Position numbers and translations under genes: made by a program
The notes under the pieces: generated by a model
What the model was told of the DNA's origin: nothing
What the model saw: the letters and a program-made list of their open reading frames with translations, nothing else
Databases searched by the model: none
Shown: positions 1-10,122 of the stretch, piece by piece
How the letters are laid out: the number at the start of each line of letters is the position of its first letter
Numbering within the stretch: the stretch's first letter is position 1
NCBI GenBank assembly: GCA_963739455.1
Contig: CAVUAK010000001.1
Coordinates: 672,001-736,000, forward strand
Source of the DNA: an uncultured Gemmatimonadales bacterium
GTDB taxonomy: Bacteria > Gemmatimonadota > Gemmatimonadetes > Gemmatimonadales > GWC2-71-9
Direction of reading: 5' to 3'
DNA length: 64,000 nucleotides

Positions 1-2034
1 ACAGCCGGCGGTACCCTCTTCCCGCCATGTATGACGACGTCCCTGGCGGCACGCACTACGACGGATACGTCATCGAAATGAAGCGGCTCCTGACGGAGGA
101 ACCGACCTTCGAGCCGGCCATCACCTGGCTGGCTGAAATGCTGAGCGCGGAGGCCGACCGCGAGCAGCCGAAGGCGGTCCTGGAACTCCTGCAGTACGCG
201 GCCGATTCCGCGGGCAATCACGACCCGGAAATCCAGCTCATCCTGGCCCGCGCCGAGCGGCTCGACGGGGACGTGCCCCAGTCGGTGCGCCGTATCGATG
301 CCTACGTGCGGGAGGGCGGCGACTCCGGCATCGGTGACCTCGAGATGGCGCACTCGCTCGCCTGGATCGGTGAACTCGAGAATGCCGCGATCGAGTACAT
401 GGCGGGCGCCCACGTACCGACCATCGAGGCGCGGGCCGACTACCGCCGGGACCTGTCGTGGGTGGCCAAGCCTCGCGAGCTGGAGCAATACGACAGCCTG
501 CCGGCGGATTCAATTGGCGCGTGGATTGACCACTTCTGGACCAAGCGTGACGCGCAGGAGTTGCGCCCGGACGGCAGCCGACTGCAGGAGCACCTGCGGC
601 GCTGGGTGTACGTCAGCCTGAACTATCGCGTGCCTGATCCCGGGCGCCGCACGGCGCTTCGCAAGGTGTCCGTCTACTATGTTGGTGGCACGCCATGCCA
701 AGAGAGCGGTGCCAACTCACTCGATGACTATGACTACACTGAACCGGCGCGAGAGGGTGGCTTTCGTACCTGGGAGCGCGTGTTCAACCACCGCGCCATC
801 GTCTACATGCGGCATGGTGAACCGACATACCGACTGGGAGGCGACTACGCCAAGCTGAGCTACGGCTCCAACGACCGGACCAATCCGGCACTGGAGAATT
901 CTCCCCTCCTGGCCACGGGACCGCGCGGACCGGTCAAAGCCGATGTGCCCGTACAGGTCGGGTTCGAGCACGACGTCACCTGGGTCTACTTCATTGGTGG
1001 AGAGCTTCGCGTCTTCAACTTCGGCGGCAGTGACGCGCTTGGGTCCAACACCGCCGGCACGCTCTACGTCAGCTCACCTCCACGCCTCGGCATGTTGCAG
1101 CAACTCGCGCCGCTGTCCCCCATGTACGCGCGCCTGTATCAGGAGGCCGAGTTCGCCACGCTTCAGAAGCCCGATCATCCCGCTCGAATGCCAACGGGGA
1201 TACCTCGCGGCCATCAAGCACCAGCGAGAGGACGCCGCAGTCGCGCTGAAGACGGACAGCTATCTCCGAAAGTTCGCGCAACCGATGCAGGCGGCGATGC
1301 AGCTGGCGGCGATGGGCCAGCCCGAACGTGGCACCGGCGAACTGGTTGCCGTGCTCGCCGTGCGCACCGGCGAGCTGGCCGCCGAGCCCGTGCCGGGAGA
1401 CAGCAGTAAGGTGCATCTCCGCGGTGCGACTGCAGACTGGCCGCCATCGACAGCCTCACCGGCGAGGCTGTCCGCCTGGATACGGTTCGGCAATTCGTGA
1501 GCACGAAGGAGATGGTGCAGCAAAACGCGTGGCTCTCGTTCATAACAAAAGTGCCGCTCCGGCCCGGGCTGCGCGAAGTACGGCTGTCGGTGGAGGAGGA
1601 CGACCGTGGCAGCGTGTTCGACGCGGCGATCGACCCCGCGGGCGCCGACTTCTCGGTAAGCGACCTCGTGCTGGGGAGCGACCGCGGGGCCGTGGCGTGG
1701 CGGCGGGACGACGCAACCGTGGGAGTGAGCCCGTTCATGGCCTACCTGGTCGGGGATCCGGTGCCCCATCTACTACGAACTGTACGGGCTGCAGGGCGGC
1801 GGCACCTATCGCACGACCGTGGGGCTTCGCCGCTTCGGCGATACGAAGCTGGCGAGCAGCCTGTCCTTTACCGACAACGCAAGCGCTCCCACGGCGACGT
1901 CGAACCGGGCACTCACCCTGAACGACGTGAAACCGGGGCCGTACGAACTGGTCGTCACGGTGGACGAGATGGCGACCGGCCGGCGCGTGGTGCGCCAGCG
2001 GGCGATCTCGGTCGAGGCACGCCCCCGCCCTTGA
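1..2034 (+). CDS. GWxTD-like domain protein, paralog 1 (5' partial; about 3 frameshifts near 1165, 1415-1435, 1770)
   Basis: FWTKRDAQELRPDGSRLQEHLRRWVYV...FNHRAIVYMRHGEP resembles the GWxTD domain core. ORFs 27..1409, 943..1500, 1497..2147 and 1819..2034 align piecewise with the intact paralogs at 4063 and 6547. Confidence 0.7.
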
Positions 2035-2059
2035 CACCCGCCGTTCCCGGGACGAAACT
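2031..2059 (+). promoter_or_regulatory. sigma70-type promoter of the aromatic leader
   Basis: TTGACA (2031-2036), 17-nt spacer, GAAACT (2054-2059); ATG follows 7 nt later. Confidence 0.6.
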
Positions 2060-2066
2060 CTCCTGC

Positions 2067-2147
2067 ATGAATATCCGCTCGTGGGACTTCTATTTCTTTA
2101 CCAGCGCCGGCGCGGCTCGAGCTGCGTCCGGTTCCGGTAGCGTGTAG
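2067..2147 (+). CDS. Putative aromatic amino-acid attenuator leader peptide MNIRSWDFYFFTSAGAARAASGSGSV (26 aa)
   Basis: W-D-F-Y-F-F codon cluster (2082-2099) lies between a promoter and a terminator upstream of an aromatic biosynthesis gene. Confidence 0.8.
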   Translation: MNIRSWDFYFFTSAGAARAASGSGSV

Positions 2148-2171
2148 TCGCGCAACCAGAACGGACCCTCG

Positions 2172-2208
2172 ACGCCCCGCCGGCAGCAGCCGGCGGGGCG
2201 TTTTCGTT
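2172..2208 (+). terminator. Intrinsic terminator (attenuator) upstream of the PDT-DAHPS gene
   Basis: 13-bp perfect stem ACGCCCCGCCGGC-agca-GCCGGCGGGGCGT followed by TTTCGTT. Confidence 0.85.
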
Positions 2209-2244
2209 GTCAGCACATATCGACACTCGGCACAACACAGGAGC

Positions 2245-3966
2245 ATGACCCCAATGCGCGTAGCAATCCAGGGAACCCACGGCGCCTTCAGTGAAGCAGC
2301 TGCACGGCGCCGATGGCCCGAGCTCGAGGCGGTTCCCTGCCGTGAGGTCGCCGACGCAGTGGCCGCGGTGCGCGAGGGACGCGCCGATGCCGGTTGCCTC
2401 CCTATCGAGAACTCGCTGATCGGTTCCGTCACCGCCACGTACGACCTGCTGCACGAAGCCTTCGGCGACGGCACGCTGGCACTGACACACGAGACGCTGC
2501 TGCCGGTGCATCACACGATCATGGCGGTGCCCGGTGCCCGGGTGGAGGACATCAAGCGGGTCTACTCGCACCCGGTGGCCCTGGGCCAGTGCCGCCGCTG
2601 GCTCTCGAAGCACCTGCCAAACGCAGAGCTGGTCAGTGCGTGGGATACGGCCGGAAGCGCAGAGATGGTGGCGGCACACGGCGACCTGACCGAGGCCGCG
2701 ATCGCGGCGCTGCCGGCCGCGGCGGCTCATGGCCTGGTGCCGCTGGCGGAGCGGATCGAGGATGATCCCACCAACCAGACGCGCTTCCTCATCTTCAGCC
2801 GACAGGGTGCACCGGTCGTGCCCGCTGGCGCCGGGCCCTACAAGACCTCGCTCATCGTGTCGCTGGACCACCGGCCCGGCATGCTGGCGCATACGCTGCT
2901 CGCCTTCAGTGCGCGCGGCGTCAACCTCACTGCACTGCAGTCGCGGCCCGAGCCATCGGCGCCGTGGACATACCGGTTCTATGTAGACGTGGAAGGTGCC
3001 GCGACCGAGCCACGGGTCGCAGAGGCGCTGGAGGAGGTCGAGGCGCTGGCGGCGCAATTGATCGTCGTCGGCAGTTACGAGGCGTGGACCGAGGGCGTTC
3101 CCGGTTTCCGGATTTTCCACCCGACGCCGGCGCACCACGTGAAGAAGCCGGATATCCCGCTCATCGACCGGCGTCGTGCGCCGTCGGGCTCGATCGTGAA
3201 GGTGCGTCACCTCGAGTTCGGGGGCGAGAGGCCAGTGCTGATCGCCGGACCATGCTCGGTAGAGAGCCGGGAAATGATCCTGGAGACCGCCGAGGCGGTG
3301 GCCGCGGCGGGCGGCGACATGCTGCGGGGCGGCGCGTTCAAGCCGAGAACGTCGCCGTACGACTTCCAGGGACTGGGCGTGAAGGGCCTGCGCTATCTCG
3401 CAGAAGCGCGCGAACGCACGGGGCTCCCGATCGTCACCGAGGTATTGAGCTGGGAAGAGGTTCCGCTGGTGGCGCAGTTCGCCGACATGCTGCAGATCGG
3501 TGCCCGTAACATGCAGAACTTCTCCCTGCTCAGGGCGGCGGCACGGAGCGGCGTGCCCGTGCTGCTCAAGCGCGGGGCAGGCGCCACGATCGAGGAGTGG
3601 CTGATGGCGGCGGAGTATGTGCTGGCGGAGGGCAACCCGAACGTGGTGCTGTGCGAGCGCGGCATCCGCACCTTCGAGCGGGCAACGCGACACACGCTCG
3701 ACCTGAATGCGGTGGTGCTGGTGCGCGAACGGTCACATTTGCCCGTTGTGGTAGACCCGAGTCACGCGGCGGGTGTGGCGAGCCTGGTTACCCCACTCGC
3801 CGAAGCATCACTTGCGGCCGGAGCGGCGGGGCTCATTGTTGAGGTACACCCGAACCCGAAGCAGGCAATGAGTGACGGGCCACAGAGTCTCGACATCCCG
3901 ATGTTCGAGGAACTCGCGCGACGGGTGCACCCGCACCTCGCGCAGAGCACACTACTGCGAGCGTAG
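2245..3966 (+). CDS. aroF: Prephenate dehydratase (with ACT domain) fused to class I-beta DAHP synthase
   Basis: N-terminal PheA motifs (QGTHGAFSE, PIENS, SHPVALGQC, NQTRF, LQSRP); C-terminal DAHPS motifs (IAGPCSVES, RGGAFKPRTSPYDFQG, QIGARNMQN, LCERGIRTF, DPSH). Confidence 0.93.
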   Translation: MTPMRVAIQGTHGAFSEAAARRRWPELEAVPCREVADAVAAVREGRADAGCLPIENSLIGSVTATYDLLHEAFGDGTLALTHETLLPVHHTIMAVPGARVEDIKRVYSHPVALGQCRRWLSKHLPNAELVSAWDTAGSAEMVAAHGDLTEAAIAALPAAAAHGLVPLAERIEDDPTNQTRFLIFSRQGAPVVPAGAGPYKTSLIVSLDHRPGMLAHTLLAFSARGVNLTALQSRPEPSAPWTYRFYVDVEGAATEPRVAEALEEVEALAAQLIVVGSYEAWTEGVPGFRIFHPTPAHHVKKPDIPLIDRRRAPSGSIVKVRHLEFGGERPVLIAGPCSVESREMILETAEAVAAAGGDMLRGGAFKPRTSPYDFQGLGVKGLRYLAEARERTGLPIVTEVLSWEEVPLVAQFADMLQIGARNMQNFSLLRAAARSGVPVLLKRGAGATIEEWLMAAEYVLAEGNPNVVLCERGIRTFERATRHTLDLNAVVLVRERSHLPVVVDPSHAAGVASLVTPLAEASLAAGAAGLIVEVHPNPKQAMSDGPQSLDIPMFEELARRVHPHLAQSTLLRA

Positions 3967-4062
3967 GTCAATCGTCCCATGGCAGGGGGCCCGGTGCGCT
4001 GTGCGTGCCGGGCCCCCTGGCGCGTCATAGCCCCAAGGCCGCAGCAGAAACCAGGGGGATGC

Positions 4063-6489
4063 ATGTCCCACCGCGCCACGACGGGAAGGCGGTTCACTTC
4101 CTTCCGCGTGATTGTCGCAATATTTGCGTTCGCGCTGCCCCTGCACGCCCAGGATGCGCCCTACCGTCCCGCACTCGCGTCGCTGCGAGCCGCCCTCGAC
4201 AGCGAGGGCACTCCCCTCGGAATTGATCGCATTGCCGCCCATTGGGATTCCACGGCGGCATCGCCAACCAGGCGCCTTGGCAAGGCCTACATCGAGTTAC
4301 GCCGCGGCATCGTCGAGAACGACAAGGGCATTCTTCAGTCCGCCTGGGACGGATTCGACCAAGTGGTCAACGTGCATCCGGATTGGCCCTACGCCGTCCT
4401 GGGGCTCGCGATTTCGGCCCTCGAGATCGATATGCGCGGGTACAAGGTGCCCGGCATCTACGACGGGAGCCCCGGCCTCACGCACTACGAGGGAGCGGCG
4501 AAGCAGTTTGCGCGGCTCCTCGCCGAGGAACCCGATTTCCAGCCGGCGCTGGATTGGATCGCGAGCAGCCTGCTGACCGACGAAGGGGATCGGCTGCAGC
4601 CAGAGGCGTTCATGCAGGCGCTGGGCAAGGCGATCGACAAGGATTCATCCGCCGACCCCCGGCTCCAGCTCATGGTGGCGCGATCCCTCCGGCAGCAGGG
4701 GAATGGGCCTGAGTCAGTGCGACGCATTGAACTGTACCTGCGCCAGGGCGGAGACAGTGGCGTCGGCGAGTTCGAGCTGGCCCGGTCGCTCGCCAGCATG
4801 GATTCGCTGGCCCAGGGCGCGCGGGCGTACCTGGCAGGCGCGCAAGTCAGGACCTCGCCCACGCGTGCCATCTACCGGCTGGATCTCTCCTGGGTGGCCG
4901 CACCTCTCGAACTTGCCATTTTCGACAGCCTGCCCGCCGATTCCGTGGGCGCGTACGTGGCCCGGTTCTGGGACCAGCGTGACGCGCGCGAGTTCCGGGA
5001 CCCGGGGAGCAGGCTGCAGGAACACCTGCGTCGCTGGGCGTACATCAACCAGCACTTTCGGATCGCCGATCCCGGCGCGGTATCGGTGATGCAAAAGGTC
5101 CTGATTCCCAACCCGAACGAGAAGTGTGCGCTCGGGGGCACCATGACGATGGAAGACTACCAGTTCGTGCATCCCGCCTCGCCGACGGACTATCGGGCCG
5201 GCGAGAGGATCTTCGACCACCGTGCAGTCGTCTACATGCGACATGGCGAGCCGCTGTACAAGTTCGGTGGTGACACGCTCTCGCTGGCGGTCAATGCGAC
5301 GCAGCGGCAGGGTGGAGGCGGGAACCTCAGCGGGGGCGCGACGATGGACCAGTATGACCCGGTGATTGCACGAAACGGCGCGACCTCGATGGGCCTCGCC
5401 GAGATTCCGCTATCGCGCGTGACGCAGCCCTTCCTCGATCGCAACGTCACCTGGGTGTACATGATGGAAGGGCAGCTGCGGGCCTTCACCTTCATGGGCC
5501 ACGTTGCGCTGGGCACGGCGCATCCCACGACCTTGATCGTCTACATGCCGCCAAACCTGGACGTGCTTCTCCGGCTTTCGCAGGTCAGTTCGTCCTATGC
5601 CCAGCTCGCCGGCATGACGCAGTCGTACCAGGCCACCGGCGGTGGAATGATTCCCTTGACCTGCCAGCCAGAGTATCGCGACGTCGTGGCGGAGCAGCAG
5701 CATGGCGCCGATGTCGCGCTGCACACCGACAGCTACCTGGAGCTGTTTGCGCATCCGATCGGCGCGTCGATCCAGCTCGCAGCAGTGGGACAGCCGGCGC
5801 TCGGCACGGGCGAGCTCGTCGCTGCCATCGGGTTGCGTGTTCAGGATCTTCAGGAGGTCGAGGGGGTGGGCGACGCGAGCCGGGCGGCATACGCCGTACG
5901 CGTACGCATCGCGGCCATCGACAGCGTGACGGGTGAGGTGGCAAGGACTGACACGGTGCGGCGGTTTGCGGCTCCCAGAGCTGACAGCGGCTGGCTGCCG
6001 TTCATCGTGACGCTTCCGATCAGGAAGGGCTTCAAGGAGGTGCGGGTATCGCTGCAACAGGGGGACGATCGTGGCGCCACCCTGGCTTCCACCATCCAGC
6101 CCGCCGGCGCGGCATTCGCCGCAAGCGACCTGGTCCTGGGCGCCGAGGCGGGAGCGGCATCCTGGCGTCGCGATGGGGGCGTGGTACCGATGACCCCGTT
6201 CAGCACCTATCCCACGAGCGGTGCGGTGCTCATCTACCAGGAGCTGTACGGCCTCAAGCCCGGCGCGAAGTACCGCACGATGATCTCGCTGCGGAAGGCG
6301 GGGGACCCGAAGGCCAAGAGCGCCATTTCCTTCGAGGATGGTGCTTCCGGATCGACCATGGCGTCTTCTCGTCGACTGACGCTCGACCAGGTGAAGCCGG
6401 GAACGTATGACCTTGTGGTGGAGGTGCAGGAGCAGTCGACCGGCCGGAGCCTGCGGCGCACCCGCACCATCACGGTCACGGCGCACTAG
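4063..6489 (+). CDS. Secreted GWxTD-like domain protein, paralog 2
   Basis: Signal peptide ending LHA-QD; FWDQRDAREF...LQEHLRRWAY...FDHRAVVYMRHGEP; GGGGGA RBS before ATG 4063. Confidence 0.75.
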   Translation: MSHRATTGRRFTSFRVIVAIFAFALPLHAQDAPYRPALASLRAALDSEGTPLGIDRIAAHWDSTAASPTRRLGKAYIELRRGIVENDKGILQSAWDGFDQVVNVHPDWPYAVLGLAISALEIDMRGYKVPGIYDGSPGLTHYEGAAKQFARLLAEEPDFQPALDWIASSLLTDEGDRLQPEAFMQALGKAIDKDSSADPRLQLMVARSLRQQGNGPESVRRIELYLRQGGDSGVGEFELARSLASMDSLAQGARAYLAGAQVRTSPTRAIYRLDLSWVAAPLELAIFDSLPADSVGAYVARFWDQRDAREFRDPGSRLQEHLRRWAYINQHFRIADPGAVSVMQKVLIPNPNEKCALGGTMTMEDYQFVHPASPTDYRAGERIFDHRAVVYMRHGEPLYKFGGDTLSLAVNATQRQGGGGNLSGGATMDQYDPVIARNGATSMGLAEIPLSRVTQPFLDRNVTWVYMMEGQLRAFTFMGHVALGTAHPTTLIVYMPPNLDVLLRLSQVSSSYAQLAGMTQSYQATGGGMIPLTCQPEYRDVVAEQQHGADVALHTDSYLELFAHPIGASIQLAAVGQPALGTGELVAAIGLRVQDLQEVEGVGDASRAAYAVRVRIAAIDSVTGEVARTDTVRRFAAPRADSGWLPFIVTLPIRKGFKEVRVSLQQGDDRGATLASTIQPAGAAFAASDLVLGAEAGAASWRRDGGVVPMTPFSTYPTSGAVLIYQELYGLKPGAKYRTMISLRKAGDPKAKSAISFEDGASGSTMASSRRLTLDQVKPGTYDLVVEVQEQSTGRSLRRTRTITVTAH

Positions 6490-6546
6490 CTCGCCGCTGT
6501 GTGCGGGCCCGCTCGTGTCGCGCGTCCTCCTTGATCATTCCATGAT

Positions 6547-9084
6547 ATGGTCGAGGGCCGGATGCGCGAGCAGCACATGCGCAGGGCGAGCTATTTCCTG
6601 CTGACACTGGCATGTGGCGCATTGTGCCCCGCAGGGGCGCAGGCCCAGGACGCGCCTTATCGCCCCGCTCTGGCCCAGCTTCGCGCCGCACTCGACAGTA
6701 CACGGAGCGAACTCGACGTCGATCGTGTCGCCGCCGAGTGGGCCGTCGCGGGAAACGGCCCGACCCGCCGTCTCGGTCAGGCCTACATCCAGTTGCGAAG
6801 AGGAACGCTCGACCAGGAGCGCACCACGCTGGTTGCGGCGTGGGACGAGTTCGAGCAGGTGGTAACGGGTCATCCCGACTGGCCATATGCCCGTTTCGGG
6901 CTGGCGATGGCAGGGTTCCAGTTGTACAACCGGCACTACTCCGCGCCGGCCCTGTACGATGGCATGGCTGGCGGCACTCACTACGATGGCGTCGCGATCC
7001 AGCTGAGCCGGATGCTTCAGGACGAGCCCGGCTTTCAGCCCGGCGTGGACTGGGTTGCTTCCACGCTCGCGAGCGAGGGCGATCGTGCGCAGCGAGCCCC
7101 GGTGGTCGCAGTCCTGCGCTTCATCGCCGACTCGACGGCATCCACCAATCCCGGCATCCAGCTGATCCTCGCGCGCGCAGACCGTCTCGACGGCGATACG
7201 CAGCGATCGCTCGACCGGATCGACTCCTACCTGCGCGAGGGTGGTGATTCGGGGATAGCGGCGCTTGAGCGCGCGCGCTCGCTCGCCGCCCTGGACTCGC
7301 TCTCCTCCGCTGCCAGCAGCTACATGTCCGGCACCGCCATCCAGACTGCCGCGGCACGCGACATCTACCGACTCGACCTGTCGTGGGTCGCAACGGAGCT
7401 GGAGCTCAGCCAGTACGATCGTCTTGCCGCCGATTCTGTCACGGTGTTCGTGCAGCGGTTCTGGGCAAAGCGCGACGCGCGCGAGCTTCGTCCCGCTGGC
7501 AGCAGGCTTCAGGAACACCTGCGCCGGTGGGTGTATGTCAGCCAGAATTTCCGGGTGGATGATCCCGGGCGGCGTACCATGCTGAGCCAGGTACGCATCC
7601 CGAACCCGAATGAATCATGCGCGAGCGGGAAGCGCACGCTGGATGACTACAGCTATGTCGAGCCCACATTCCACGACTATCGAAGCCCGGAGCGTGTCTT
7701 CGATCATCGCGCGACGGTTTATATGCGACACGGCGAACCGCTCTACCAGTTCAGTGGCGACACGACGTCGACAGCGCTGATCGCCACCACTCGCGGCAAC
7801 ACGCGGACGAATGGTTACGACGAGGCCTTCTCTCGCGTTGCACAGCCGGGAATGGCCGCGAGCTCGGATCCCATCGCGGCGATCGCAAGCCAGTATCCGG
7901 GCGCAGGGACAACCAGTCCGGCCAGCGCGTTCAGGGCAACACAGTCGCAGAACAGAGTCATGAACACCCCGACAACAGACCCCCGCGTGCCAACCGCGCC
8001 GTATACCGCCGCCTATGCCGATCGCAACGTGACCTGGGTCTACAACCTCGGTGGCCAGATCCGTGCGTTCACCTTCCAGGGGCACGAAGCGCTGGGCACA
8101 AGTCATCCGTCCACGCTGATCGTGGGTCGGGCACCCAACCTCGACGTGCTCCTGCAGGTCGGCTCGTACTCCGAGTCGTACATCAAGCTGGCCAACGCCG
8201 TCGAACAGCGCCTGTTGCATGACAACATGATCCCGCTGAGTTGTACCCGGGCATACCGTGATGTCATTCGAGAGCAGCAGGAGGGAGCGGCCGTGGCGGT
8301 GCGCACCGACAGTTACGAGCGCCGCTTCAAGAAGCCGATATCCTCGATGATCCAGGTTGCCGCGATGGGTCAGCCCTCATCCGGCACCGGTGAGGTGCTG
8401 GTGGCCGTGGGCGTCAAGATGAATGAACTCGAGGAGGTGGCCGGAACGAGCAATGGTGGAAAGGCGGGTTACATAGTCCGGGTGGAGCTGGCTGCGATTG
8501 ACAGCATCCGCGGCGAGGTGATCTCCGTGGACACGGTTCGTCGTTTCCTGGCTCGGCGCGAACAGTCGGGCTGGCTGTCATTCGTCACGACAATGCCACT
8601 GCGCCCCGGGCTGGCCGAGTTCCACATGTCGGTGTCACAGGGCGATGAGCGGGGAGTCGTGCAGGCCGTCATACTCGATCCTGCGTCGGGGGGATTCTCG
8701 GCGAGCGACATCGTACTCGGAACGGCCTCCGGCCCCGCGTCCTGGCTGCGCGATGGGGCGACGGTCTCGGTGAACCCCTACAATGCCTACCGCACCGACG
8801 ATGCATTGAGCATGTACCAGGAGCTCTATGGACTGACGCCGGGAATGACCTATCGCACGATGGTGTCGCTCCGGGAGGTCAAGAAGGGAAAGAAGGCGAA
8901 GGGAATGAAGGTGGCGCTCAACTTCGAGGAGACAGCCGCCACCCCGACACTTGCCACATCAAGGGAGCTGGCGCTCGACAACGTAAAGCCGGGGCTCTAC
9001 GACCTGCTCATTGATGTGGAGGAGGTGTCCACCGGCCGCACCGTACACCGCGAGCGCTCGATCGCGGTGTACGCCAAGCCATAG
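6547..9084 (+). CDS. Secreted GWxTD-like domain protein, paralog 3 (start may be 6562 or 6577)
   Basis: AQA-QDAPYRPALA N-terminus shared with paralog 2; FWAKRDARE...QEHLRRWVYV...FDHRATVYMRHGEP. Confidence 0.75.
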   Translation: MVEGRMREQHMRRASYFLLTLACGALCPAGAQAQDAPYRPALAQLRAALDSTRSELDVDRVAAEWAVAGNGPTRRLGQAYIQLRRGTLDQERTTLVAAWDEFEQVVTGHPDWPYARFGLAMAGFQLYNRHYSAPALYDGMAGGTHYDGVAIQLSRMLQDEPGFQPGVDWVASTLASEGDRAQRAPVVAVLRFIADSTASTNPGIQLILARADRLDGDTQRSLDRIDSYLREGGDSGIAALERARSLAALDSLSSAASSYMSGTAIQTAAARDIYRLDLSWVATELELSQYDRLAADSVTVFVQRFWAKRDARELRPAGSRLQEHLRRWVYVSQNFRVDDPGRRTMLSQVRIPNPNESCASGKRTLDDYSYVEPTFHDYRSPERVFDHRATVYMRHGEPLYQFSGDTTSTALIATTRGNTRTNGYDEAFSRVAQPGMAASSDPIAAIASQYPGAGTTSPASAFRATQSQNRVMNTPTTDPRVPTAPYTAAYADRNVTWVYNLGGQIRAFTFQGHEALGTSHPSTLIVGRAPNLDVLLQVGSYSESYIKLANAVEQRLLHDNMIPLSCTRAYRDVIREQQEGAAVAVRTDSYERRFKKPISSMIQVAAMGQPSSGTGEVLVAVGVKMNELEEVAGTSNGGKAGYIVRVELAAIDSIRGEVISVDTVRRFLARREQSGWLSFVTTMPLRPGLAEFHMSVSQGDERGVVQAVILDPASGGFSASDIVLGTASGPASWLRDGATVSVNPYNAYRTDDALSMYQELYGLTPGMTYRTMVSLREVKKGKKAKGMKVALNFEETAATPTLATSRELALDNVKPGLYDLLIDVEEVSTGRTVHRERSIAVYAKP

Positions 9085-9092
9085 GAGGCGAA

Positions 9093-10106
9093 CTACGCCG
9101 GCTGTTTCGCGGCTGAGCTGTCGCGCGTCCGCCACTTCATCTCCGGTGCCTTGGGAATGGTGCCCGACACGGTCACCGTCTTCTTGTTGCGCAGGATCTC
9201 GAACTTCACCGCATTCCCCGGATCGTAGGACCGGAGGATGCGGTGCATCTGCGCCGTGTTGGCCGGCTTCCGGCCATCGATCATCAGCACCACGTCGCCA
9301 CCCTTCAGGCCGAGCGTCGATCCCTGCGGCACGTTTATCACGAGCACGCCGTCGGTCGCACCGAAGTACGGGGCCAGGTCAGGGTTGAGCGGCACGAGCT
9401 CCAGCTCCTCGAGTTCCGACGATACGAACACCCGGAACGGCATGTCACCGCCATCCATCGGCATCCGCATCCTCATGCCCGGCTCCATTGGCATGCGCAT
9501 GCCCATGCCCGGCATCAACCCGCCTTCAAAGCCATCGGGGCCCTGGCCGTTGAAATTGAAGGTGAACTCCCGGTTCCCGTCAGGCGTCATGACGAAGACG
9601 TTGTCCGGGTCCTCCTGCGTCACCAGCTTCGTCGTGCGCGCCGCTTTCCCGCGACGGTACTCCACCAGGATCGTGTCGTTGGCGGGCAGGCGAGCCGCAA
9701 GTTCGATGAGGCGCATGCCGGGCAGCGAGCGCTCTCCATTGTCCGGCTTTGCCGGCAGCGGCTTCCCGTCGACGATGGTGACGCTGACAAGTGGCGTGCC
9801 GTCGATCCGCGTGAGGATGTCACCCGACTCGAGACCGGCCTTCGCTGCTGGTCCGCCCGGCGTCACGCCCGCGATGTAGGCTCCGATCGAGTCGCTGGTA
9901 CGCGCCTGCAGGTTGACCTTGATGCCAAGCCGTGCACGCCGGGTCATCATCATGTTTTCCATGTCGCCAGTCATGCTCCGCATCGGGCTGTCGTCGCGCT
10001 CGATGAACACCTGCGACCTCGGCGGCCCCGGCTGCGGGTCCTGTGCTGCGAGCGGCGCGGCGGCGGCCACCAGCGCGAGTGCGATCACCAGGTTCATGCG
10101 GTACAT
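9093..10106 (-). CDS. Periplasmic tandem-PDZ-domain protein
   Basis: Signal peptide (LAA-QD); two PDZ-like segments (GVTPGGPAAKAGLESGDILTRIDG; LGLKGGDVVLMIDG); GGAGGA RBS. Confidence 0.8.
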   Translation of the reverse strand: MYRMNLVIALALVAAAAPLAAQDPQPGPPRSQVFIERDDSPMRSMTGDMENMMMTRRARLGIKVNLQARTSDSIGAYIAGVTPGGPAAKAGLESGDILTRIDGTPLVSVTIVDGKPLPAKPDNGERSLPGMRLIELAARLPANDTILVEYRRGKAARTTKLVTQEDPDNVFVMTPDGNREFTFNFNGQGPDGFEGGLMPGMGMRMPMEPGMRMRMPMDGGDMPFRVFVSSELEELELVPLNPDLAPYFGATDGVLVINVPQGSTLGLKGGDVVLMIDGRKPANTAQMHRILRSYDPGNAVKFEILRNKKTVTVSGTIPKAPEMKWRTRDSSAAKQPA

Positions 10107-10122
10107 GCCATCTCCTCCGGGC

